A stretch of 32,000 nt of DNA from Wallemia ichthyophaga EXF-994 (Eukaryota > Fungi > Basidiomycota): assembly GCF_000400465.1 (NCBI RefSeq), contig NW_008806293.1, positions 122,601-154,600 of the forward strand. Reading direction: 5' to 3'. The position numbers and the translations under genes were made by a program. The notes below the pieces were generated by a model. The model was not told where the DNA came from and searched no databases. It saw nothing but the letters and a program-made list of their open reading frames with translations. The first letter of the stretch is position 1. Every line of letters begins with the position of its first letter. Below are positions 22,324 through 31,912 of the stretch, piece after piece.

Positions 22324-22707
22324 ATGGGATTCCAGGTGTTTGAAGAGGAGGAGCCAGCTCAGCAAGTGCCACAGCAGCCACCGCAAAAGAGCCTGAGTAC
22401 TTCAATGCTCAGTTCAAAGACACACAATATCCAGAAATCGAACTCAGCGCCATCGAAATTAGAAGGCGTGAATAAGCCACCCAAAGTTAATACGCATAGA
22501 CAGGCCCTAGCGGATGCAGCTGCAATGCCACCAAAGAAAGCTGCTGCTGCTGCCAAGAAGACATCCATCAAGAAGACTGAGGGAATCTCAGTGGATGAGC
22601 TGAGACGGGCGAGGCGTGCAGAGACGCTGCGCAAGCAGGGCTTGTACGGTGCATCGAATGAAACAAAGGCACCCAGAGCACCCAAGAAATCCAAACTCAG
22701 CCTTTAA
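22324..22707 (+). CDS. Hypothetical basic low-complexity protein (127 aa)
   Basis: ATG-initiated ORF filling the gap between NUP53 and ATG10. K/A/P-rich, with no recognised domain. Confidence 0.6.
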   Translation: MGFQVFEEEEPAQQVPQQPPQKSLSTSMLSSKTHNIQKSNSAPSKLEGVNKPPKVNTHRQALADAAAMPPKKAAAAAKKTSIKKTEGISVDELRRARRAETLRKQGLYGASNETKAPRAPKKSKLSL

Positions 22708-22751
22708 TCGGAGCATAAACATAGACACGCATACCTTCACCTCAAACTGCC

Positions 22752-23296
22752 TCAACTAATGTAAACTAATGTATCTATAATCATCCTCCATACTCTATTG
22801 TACTCTGCGTGGGGCTCTGCCGCCATTATCTCGTCCACCGCAGTGCTGAGATTGCAGGGGTGAATGTAGTAGCAGGTAAGGCGGGAAAGTGGGTGGTCAG
22901 TGATGGAAATATACCCGCTGTGTTCTGTGTGCTTGAGTATGCCTTGAGCGATGAGTGTATCGAGTGATCGCAGTGGCTGGCTGTCTATGTACCCATTGAA
23001 GTAGAGCACTGGCACGTTGTATGTTTTCGAGTGAAATATATCCCAAACAACGCTGATTAAAGCTGTGCTGGTGCTTTCGCTAGTTGCTGCATCATCCACC
23101 TCACTAACCCCATTAACCTCGCCCTCAAACTCATCCTCAATCACGTTTCTGCTGTGCGTATTTCCACATGGATAGAACGAGCGTCGACGGAGCCCAGACT
23201 GCTTCACCCACTTTGACTGCGATTCTTCCGTAAGCCTCAATTGATTTAATTCCCCTTTCTGCCCACCTCGCTCCCGATTTCTTCAAAGTCCTCCAT
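22752..23296 (-). CDS. ATG10: Autophagy E2-like conjugating enzyme Atg10 (predicted intron 23217-23266)
   Basis: WDIFHSKTYNVPVLYFNGY and ITDHP..YYIHPC (catalytic Cys). The 10-codon first exon MEDFEEIGSE is joined by a 50-nt GTGGGC..CTTAC..CGCAG intron. Confidence 0.85.
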
Positions 23297-24306
23297 GGCG
23301 CTCAAAGCAGAGAGGATTCTAAACTGGCTCAGGCCGCTGATACACTCTACACAACTCAACAGACCTTTCTTCGTTGGCCTTACTGGCGTGCAAGGTGAAT
23401 TTGACGCTCTTTATATCCTCCCACATGACTCAACTGGTGCACACCGCAGGCTCTGGCAAGTCGACTATTGTCAATGAGCTTACTGAGGAACTGGAGAGGA
23501 GTGGTCTGCGAACTGTGCATTTCAGTCTCGACGATCTTTACCTCACCCACCGCGAGCAGCTCGAACTCTCCGCGAAACACCCCGCCAACAAGCTCTACAA
23601 ACATAGGGGACTTTCTGGAACACATGATATGGTGCTCGCGAAAGACATCTTCCAGCAGCTACGCGAGAGCTGGAATGCCCCTGCGCACTCTCACATCGAT
23701 ATACCAGTGTACGACAAGTCCCTGCATAGCGGCCAGGGCGATCGCAAAGCGAAGGGTGAATGGACAAGTATCGATCTACAACCCAGCAACCCGATCAGAG
23801 TGGTCATTTTTGAAGGCTGGTCTGTAGGTTTCAGACCACTCGAAGCTGCTGTCTTGTCTGCTCAGCATAAATCTGCTACTCACTCTGAACCCTCCCTCAC
23901 AAACCAACTCGCTGAACATAGTCTGCAGGATGTGCTCGATATCAATAGCGCACTCCGTGACTACGACACCTTCTTCTCCGGCCCTCAGTTTTTCGATGGT
24001 CTCGTGTACCTCCAAACACTGGAGCTGGGGTATGTTTACGACTGGAGACAGCAACAGGAACAGGGCTTGAGAGATGCAAATAAGCCTCATCAATCTGAAG
24101 AGGGCATCATCAACTTTGTGAAAAATTACATGATTGTGAGTAGGCTTTTTGACATGTGATGAAGCTACTGACAGAGTTTATATCAGGCATATGAGCTTTA
24201 TCTGCCTCAACTCACTCAAGGATTCTTTGGCAGCCAAAATAAAGGTAGACAGCTCACACTTACCCTCAACAAACAGCGTGAAATGATGGGTAGCCAGGTA
24301 ATTTAG
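23295..24306 (+). CDS. P-loop kinase, Tda10/YGR205W (glycerate/uridine-kinase-like) family (introns 23395-23448, 24136-24186)
   Basis: Walker A GVQG|SGKST is formed by splicing. Also SLDDLYL, RGLSGTHD, IPVYDKSL..GQGDR, VIFEGWSVGF, VYDWRQQQE and FVKNYMI|AYELY. Confidence 0.88.
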
Positions 24307-24694
24307 GGTGTTGATTTGGGTGATTTGGGAGGTATATATGAGTTTAAGTATACGTGCATGATATGTTTTACATCTAGTTGCTATTGGAGATACGTTTCAG
24401 TGGTGTTTTCTACGAGAGTTAAGGTTGTATTTGCAATTCAGTAACAGTGAACTAGAATTAGTGAAGTAAGACATCTTCAATCGTAATTGTTCAATCTATC
24501 ACATAAGACTGGACAATTCACCATCTACGGAGGCGTGAATATGCATTTGATTTCCGCATTATTAATACAAGTCTGAAGTCTGGTATTCTACTATGTCTCT
24601 CATTCCGTAAATTCTCTCAATTATTCCGTGTCTCAGACAATATCTTCGATCCGCAAACAAATCATATTCGGATAATGTGAAATTTGTGGTTGAA

Positions 24695-25212
24695 ATGTCA
24701 CATTATCAATGCACCACGAATCTAAAGAGGTAGATTGCCTAATGAGATAGTGGAATAAAATTGTGATAAGATATGTTAAACTATAGACAAGAGATGGATA
24801 TGGGAGATGAAACAACTTTGTTGTATCTAGTGAATCTAACTAATTATTTTACTTCCTCCTAGCAAACATTGGAAGTCATCTGATGACACCCTGAAAGCAA
24901 TTTATCTTCAAATGAAACCATTTGACAGACTATTTTTCAAGGTTCAACACTTCAATACGTTTCTGATCATATGTAAGTCGCTCATATTCAAGCGACATCC
25001 GCAAAATGCTCATCGCATTGTTTAATTCAGTTATGAATTTGAGTGCACAAAGTTTCAGGTAGATAACTTGGTTTATATCACTTAAATGCATTGAAATTAG
25101 CAAGTATCAGTTACAGGGACTAAAATTCGAGATATCTAATACTTCAACGATCCAAGACCAATTTTGCTGCATCTTGGCGTGCCTAAAACGTAATTCGTGG
25201 AATATGATTTGA
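24695..25212 (+). CDS. Candidate unannotated multi-exon small orphan gene (speculative)
   Basis: Four intron-sized GT..AG segments (24730-24786, 24820-24862, 24973-25030, 25059-25100) join in frame into an ORF of about 105 aa. No family is recognised. Confidence 0.25.
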
Positions 25213-25895
25213 GAGGACGAGGGCACTTGCACTTGCAACTGCTCAGAGCCAAATCCATAAAGGGCTTTAATTGAGTAAATCGGCCAATTTGGTGCTTCCA
25301 GACAAGCAATGCAATAAACCAGAATAAGCAAATCAATATCAAAACTAACAGTCCAAATGTTATAAGTTTAGTTTGACTTACAGCTGGATTAAACGGTAGT
25401 GGTCTGTACTCAGTTGGGTCTACAGGTACTCCAATGAAGATGCGTACTCTCAAAAGGTCTAGATATTAGTAAAGTAGTATGCATCCACCTAACGATCCAT
25501 CCCTCAACAATTATCAAGCTCAACGGATCTTAAAGAACGGGATGAGAATGAATGATGCGATAATTGATTCCGATCCTACTTCCGGGGTCATTGCTTTTCG
25601 AAGGCTGAAAAGAGGGCAGTGTATGTGTACAAGTGGAGGCAGCAGCAGAATCAGTGCTTGAATTTGTCCAACAAGCCACACCAATCTAATGAAGAAGCAG
25701 ACAACCCTCTGACAGATGACGGCATCCACGTGCTGTTAATGAGATATGAATACACTCCTTATTCAAATACAAACCTCCACCGAATAAATTAATTTTATTG
25801 TCTTATAATCACCTTCCACGGACCAAATTTACTTTTCGGAGAATTGCTCTTCTCAAGTCCTTCCGCGATAACCACGAAGACGCTGCAGATTTATT

Positions 25896-28696
25896 ATGTC
25901 AGCGACTGAAGCAGACACATCGTCTTCATCTACGGCAACGTTTTTGTCGGCGTTGGTACTTAACAGTGCCATCGCTGGTGCGCAATTTTTGGCCTTCTGC
26001 CTCTTAAGGCTCAAATTTCCACATATTTACCAGCCACGTGTTACAAAGCCACCTGTAAAGTCTGTATAGTGTTTCTTTGCTTGAGCCCGCTAACTCATCT
26101 CTCAGACACAGAGCCACTGGCCTCACCAAGAGCGTAGTGGGTTGGTTACCGCAGGTATTTAAGGCACCGTATCAGCCTATAGCGAGGCACAACGGCCTTG
26201 ACAGTTTCATGTTCATCAGATACCTTCGCTTGATTGTTAAGATGTTCGTCCCTATGTGGGTCGTGTCCTGGGTTATCTTGTTCCCGGTAAACAGCGCAAA
26301 TTCTGATGGTGGCAAGGATGGTTTGAATATGTTCACGTTCGGTAACATTTCCACTAGCAACCACCCACGTTATGCCGCTAGTTTACTCCTTGCCTGGATT
26401 TTTACTTGTGGGCTGAACTACTGGCAAATTTAGAAAACTGCTCATACACCAAACAGTCTGGATTTTCTACCTCATCAGGTCCGAAATGACTTACTTCATT
26501 AACGCAAGACAACGCTATCTTATCGATAAAGAGCACTCGTCCCTCCCACAGGCCAATACCGTCCTCATTACAGGTGTACCTCAATCGCAGTTGAATAAAG
26601 AAAAGCTCTATGATCTCTTTTCCTACCTTCCTGGCGGTATTAAAGATGTCTGGATTAACCAAGATCTCAGAGAGTTACCAGAGATGCACGAAAATCGTCT
26701 CAACGCCTGCAACAAGCTTGAAGGTGCAGTCACAGCAACTATTAAAACTGCCAAAGACATGGAGCTGAAGCGCGCAAAGGCCGAAAAGAAGGGCAAGCCA
26801 GCTCCAAAGAAGACCATTGTAGAGGATGAGGACTTGGAAAAGGACGACATTGGAGTTGCCGAAAAGCTTATCCCTGCAAAGCAACGCCCAACTCACAAGC
26901 TTGGTTTCATGGGACTGTTTGGAGAGAAGGTTGACACTCTCATATGGTGCAGGGAGGAAATCTCGAGATTGAATGCTGAAATTGGTGATATGCGTAAAGA
27001 GGTCAATTCAGACCCAGAAAAATACAAACCTAAGGGCTCTTGTTTCATTCTTTTCAACCAACAACTCGCAGCACATCTCTGCGCAAAATCATTGATCCAC
27101 CACGCTCCTTACAGAATGGTTGAAAAATACTCCGAGGTCGGCCCAGACGATGTCATTTGGACGAACCTTAACGTTAACCCATACGAGAAACGTCTTAAGT
27201 CTGTCGTCAGCTGGGCAGCTACCATAGCTATTACTATCTTTTTCGCCATCCCAGTCGCATTTGCTGGTGCTGTATCCAACATCAACGCACTTGCTTCTAG
27301 ATACAGCTGGCTGGAGTGGCTAGGAGATCTTCCACAACCGGTCAAGGGTATCATTCAGGGTGCATTTCCACCAGTGCTTGTTGCTATTCTTTTTGCCCTA
27401 GTTCCGATCCTCTTCCGTCTGTTAAGTAAGTTTGAGGGTATTCCACGCTCAACGGCGGTAGAGCTTTCGCTTATGCACCGCTACTTCTTATTCTTGGTAT
27501 TTAACGGTTTCTTGATCACCACTCTCTCTTCTGGTATTATCAGCTCGCTACGTCAACTAACTACAGCCGATGTGACAACTTATCCACAAATCCTTGCAAA
27601 CAACCTTCCAGGTGCCTCCATCTACTTTATCACCTACGTCACCCTTCAAGGTCTTTCTGGATCTTCCGGTGCACTGCTGCAAATAGGTGGATTGGTTGTG
27701 TTCTACATAAAGTCATGGTTCTTGGGATCGACACCACGTTCACGTTGGATGATCTTCAACGCCATGCCTGGTGTCGCATGGGGTACGCTATTCCCACCAA
27801 TGTCTCTCCTGGTCGTCATCACTATTGCGTACTCCATCATTGCACCAATCCTGAACGGCTTTGGTGCCGTCGCCTTTATGCTCTTCTACTTTACCTACAA
27901 ATACAACTTCCTCTACGTATACGATATTAAGCCGGTCTCGGACACGGGTGGGCTGTTTTTCCCAAAGGCGATTCAGCACATTTTCACGGGAATGTACATC
28001 TCGCAAATCTGTTTGGCTGCGCTATTTTTCCTTTCTAAGTACGACGGTAGGCAGGTGGGTATTCCGGAAGGTGTGATCATGGTTGTACTTATCGTGATCA
28101 CAATCGGCTTCCACATAATGATCAACAGCTCATACCAGCCACTCTGCGAAGCGCTACCATTGACGCTGGCATCCAAGACGTGGGGCCAGCAGAGCGATGA
28201 ACAGCCATTGCTTTCTGGACACAACACGGTCGACAGTTCGAACGAGATCAGGGAGTCGAGTGATGGCAGTATGCCACTCTCTGAACTTGGAAAGAGCATG
28301 GGCAAGACGCCATTGGATGAAAAGAAGGAAAAATTGGGAGCGATTGAGGAGGGAGAGGGTGAAAGTAAGGGTGATAAGGGTAGTAAACATAGGGCGCACG
28401 AAGACCAAGACGAAGATCGTACGAGGCATGAAGACGAGGAAGAGGCCAGCACGCCACCACCACCATTCAGTGAGCAGGAGGTCTCGTTCACGCACCCATC
28501 CATGTGCCACCCACAGCAGATCGTTTGGACCGCTAAAGATGAGTACGGCATTTCAGATGAAGTTGTGGAGAAGTGTACTAGAGATAATGTCAACGCAACC
28601 AATGAGCGCGCGTGGATAAATTCAAACGAGAAGGGCAAGCTGGGTAAAATTGAGACACGCGGCTGGCCACCAGGCGAAGACCATAAGTTTGCGTAG
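25896..28696 (+). CDS. CSC1/OSCA/TMEM63 (Rsn1/Phm7, DUF221) calcium-permeable osmo/mechanosensitive channel (~901 aa; introns 26060-26105, 26408-26456)
   Basis: N-terminal TM then IYQPR; GLDSFMFIRYL; RPTHKLGFMGLFGEKVD; GSCFILFN; PDDVIWTNL; multiple TMs; FTYKYNFLYVY..TGGLFFPKAI. Confidence 0.93.
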
Positions 28697-29105
28697 GTTG
28701 ATGCTGAGGCTAGCGTTAAGGTTAAAGCTAGCGCTACTTTCGGATTGTTTCAATTTACGTTATCTTTCTCTTCTTTGTTCTTGTCGGCGTGTAGTCGGCG
28801 TTTCTACAGCACAACAAGCAGCAACTACGTAATAACTACTTAATAAGATACACGCAACATATTATTTGTCAATATCCATATTTTTATACATGATAATTTA
28901 TTGTTAAGCTCTGATCGGACCTGAGAAGGGTGAAATTGAGTTTGAGAAGGGTGTGTGGGGTGTTTTAGAGAATTAGCACCGATGGCCAATAAAGTTCCCG
29001 CTCATTGAAGTACCCTGAATAACTTGAAGTGACTTGAAATGCCTTGAATCTATTGAATAACACAAATGTCACTCCATCGCTTCTCAGATCGCTACCACCG
29101 TCACA

Positions 29106-31912
29106 ATGTCACTCGAAGCGGCGGGGATTCCTGAAAGGGAAAATGAGGAAGACAGCGGCATCGTGAATCATCAAACAGACAGCACACAGCCATTTACCCA
29201 GATGGACAAACAAGGCGAGATGGCTGAACTAGCACGTCTCTCACAGCGCAATGCTGAATTGCTGCAAGAACCGTTAGGAAAAGTGGATGAAATCCTACTC
29301 AAGTGCCTTGTGAAAGTACAGCAGAATTGCATCCTCGCTCTCAATACTCTCATATTCTCCACTCTTACCGCCATCAAGCCAATCAGCGCCAGCGACTGGA
29401 GGAGCGTAAGTGATAAATACAGCACTTCTAGGAATCTGCATAATCTAAGCCTCAATGTTAATTATGCCTTCGTGACACACTTGAACGCTCCTATTCGTGG
29501 TGATCTAAGTGAGAGAATCGAAAGAATATCCTACCTCTTCTCGCCGATTGATGCGAAACTTGTCGTTGCTTTGGATCAGTTTGCTGATGTTCTTGCCGTT
29601 ATGACTGGTACCGAGGACGAAGTTGACTCTGAGAGTGAATTGGAGAGAGTTCCCTCACGAACATCGTCCCAAAAATACTCCTCCAACTCCTCATCATCAA
29701 ATGAGGTCTACGACACCCTTCAGTCTCAAATGTCTCAGCTAAAGCTAGAGATGCGCACAAATCATCACAAAGAAAACGACATGTGGGTAAAGGTTGAGAC
29801 ATTCATTAACCTCATCAACATACTCTGCATGGAGAGAGAGAACACGAGTGAAATGCCCCCAAGTTATTCGGACCTATCTATGCGCTCCATCCACCGCCAG
29901 CTCTCCAACAAGTCAGTATCCAGCGCCAGCGTAGGGTCAAGCGTCCAGGACGAGAAGATGCGACGTGATTTGGAGAGAGTGACAGATTCCATCGACAGAC
30001 TCATGGGAATCACCCCCCAGCTGGCCGGTCAGAGGGTGGAGCTATCGCAAAAGCAGGTCGTCGAGATGGATTTGGCTAAATTGGCTGGAGAGGTGGAAGC
30101 GTCGGTCAAGACGAGCAAGTCTGAAGCCAGCACGAGCGGGTGTGCGAGTGTGATTGGTAGTGCAAACAAAAGCAAACAGTCAAACAACGGCGTGGGCAAG
30201 TTTTTCCCTAAATCCATCAGTTCGCGCCGCAGTGATAACCAGATAATCAGTGGTATTGAAAAGGCTAATAACCGCAGACTCGACAGTCAGCGCGTCGAAA
30301 TGGGCAGCCGTTTAAAAGATGCTCACACCAAGATGCGCGACGCCGACCTCATCGACATCATTGAGAGAAACAGCATGGGGAGAATGGTGCAACAGGAAAG
30401 TCAGTTTAGTGAGGCCAGCAAGCTGCGCCAGGGAAATAATCCGCGCTCTAGCAGAGGTATGTGGATTTTTTTTTTGTCTTTGACACATCTTTCTAACACT
30501 CTGTTAGACTCCAACGACTCGCAAACACATAGTATGGTATCGCACCAAGCATACCTCGCAGAGCACAACATAAATGTTGGTAATGTGTTAGTGCAGTTCA
30601 AAACTCAACTGCATGGCCAATCCAGGGAGCTTGAAGTAGAGATAGACGAGCAGGACAGAGACACCGCGGTGTTGAAAAACCTATCCAGCTACAACGTCCG
30701 CTTGAACCTGCCTACGGGAGTGGTGTGGCCGCAACACAGGACGGCAAAGCTGGTAGAAAAAGACCTCTTCGAGTTCAACCTGCAAGTGACTCATCAGTCA
30801 AGGAAGTCACTTACAACGCCAGCGGTAGAGCCGCCATCATACCCATTTAGTGCTGTTGACTTTGCCGTGACCAGACCGTCCAGCTTTTGCTGCGCTAAAT
30901 GCGGTCGAGACCTTAGCAGCGGGGAGCTTATCCACAATTACAGAGATCTCCCGTCAGACAATTGGTCTGAGCATGTCGACAACTGGATGTGTCACCCTGC
31001 GCAGGAACTTAACGCGGATTACTACCGTACTTCGCTCAGCGACGCAGCTAGTCCCGATGAGGCCCTCATCGGCAGCAATTATTGGGTCTTCCATAAGAAA
31101 AACATGGTGGAGAGGAGTTTAAAAGTGGAAAGTAATGTGAGTATGGATTCTTGATGTCCCGAAACGGGCGGCCAAGAAGGCCAAGCGGGGCTGTCTCAGA
31201 CACATCCTACCTCGCCTGTTGTCGATACAGCCGCCCAATAGTAATACCCTCGCTGAATACCCGCGGCGTCTCGAGATCCATGTCACGCTGCGGCTACATA
31301 GAGGGGGACATCTGAATGTTTTACTAGAGACATTAACTGACCAACCCCTAAAGGAGCAACAAATAGAGCCGACCCTGAAGTGTGTCTGTGGCAGCACCGT
31401 GGGTAGTGTGCAGGGCGAGGCCTTCTTTCGCCTCAGCAAGGTGGCCGTGAGGCCCATTGCACAGGGCACTGCGTAGGTTTGTTGTGTATGTGTGACTCAT
31501 CTAACACCCGCATAGCTACCACCGCTATAACATCGGCCACTACATCTCCGCAGAGCTTGTCGACCAGTCGCGCAACTATGGCAGCTACCGCTACTTCCTA
31601 CAGGATGAGGATAGTGGTGAACTGAGGCTGCTGGTGTGGCTTTTCAACCCTCTCGTCCGACTGCGCACATCGCAGCTCAGCCTAAATGCCACTGTCGACG
31701 CGTGCAAATTATTCTGGAAGACGAGCAAGGAGGAGCCCTTCCACGACAATCGAATGGGCAAGATACCGAGACTGTCGTACCCTGGTTGGATCCTCGATGA
31801 GTTCGAGAAGTTGCTCATGCACGGCATCGCCTCCTTTCTCGCTGATTCTCCAAGACGTTTCTTCTCCGATTGGCATATAGGATATATCGAGCGCGTGGGC
31901 GTGCCTAAATAA
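29106..31912 (+). CDS. HECT_2 (E2-binding) domain protein, Ipa1/UBE3D-like, with long N-terminal extension (introns 30457-30507, ~31137-31353, 31473-31515)
   Basis: FCCAKC..YRDLPSDNWSEHVDNWMCH, LKCVCG..FRLSK.AVRP and RYFLQDE..LLVWLFNP..WHIGYI match the UBE3D/Ipa1 pattern. The acceptor of the second intron is uncertain. Confidence 0.78.
31161..31313 (+). ncRNA. Intronic box H/ACA guide RNA, predicted snR81-like guide for U2 snRNA Psi42
   Basis: Architecture is hairpin 1 (31166-31236), H box ATAGTA (31238-31243), hairpin 2 (31247-31305), ACA (31308-31310) plus 3 nt. Both pockets lie 14 nt from their box. The 5' pocket strands AAGAA and GATAC are complementary to U2 GUAUC-[U42]G-UUCUU. Confidence 0.78.

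Noticed and set aside
24875-24966. TGATGA...CTGA pair resembling a C/D-box snoRNA, with palindrome GTCATC-T-GATGAC
   Set aside because: No recognisable rRNA or snRNA complement upstream of either CTGA, and no terminal stem. The segment is equally explained as a candidate exon.
25136-25453. Minus-strand 105-aa ORF with a TM-like segment and CKCKC
   Set aside because: It starts at TTG with no ATG and no consistent upstream exon could be joined. It overlaps the alternative plus-strand model and sits in AT-rich DNA where hydrophobic ORFs arise by chance.
29076-29090. ATCGCTTCTC resembling the 5' end of U2 snRNA
   Set aside because: The match stops after 10 nt, with no GTGTAGTA branch-recognition sequence or Sm site downstream.
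30457-30507. Read-through of the 682-aa ORF across GMWIFFLSLTHLSNTLL as a TM segment
   Set aside because: It is a 51-nt stop-free intron (GTATGT..CTAAC..TTAG), so the hydrophobic peptide is most likely an artefact of the ORF track.
31219-31353. First half of the 85-aa ORF 31219-31476 as a coding exon (acceptor at 31230)
   Set aside because: Although the phase is compatible, this segment folds as the H box, hairpin 2 and ACA of the predicted snoRNA. A better branch point (CTGAC) and in-phase acceptor occur at 31337-31353.
31493-31499. TGACTCA in the last intron of the HECT_2 gene
   Set aside because: No nearby gene start is visible within the window, and the occurrence is consistent with chance for a 7-mer.
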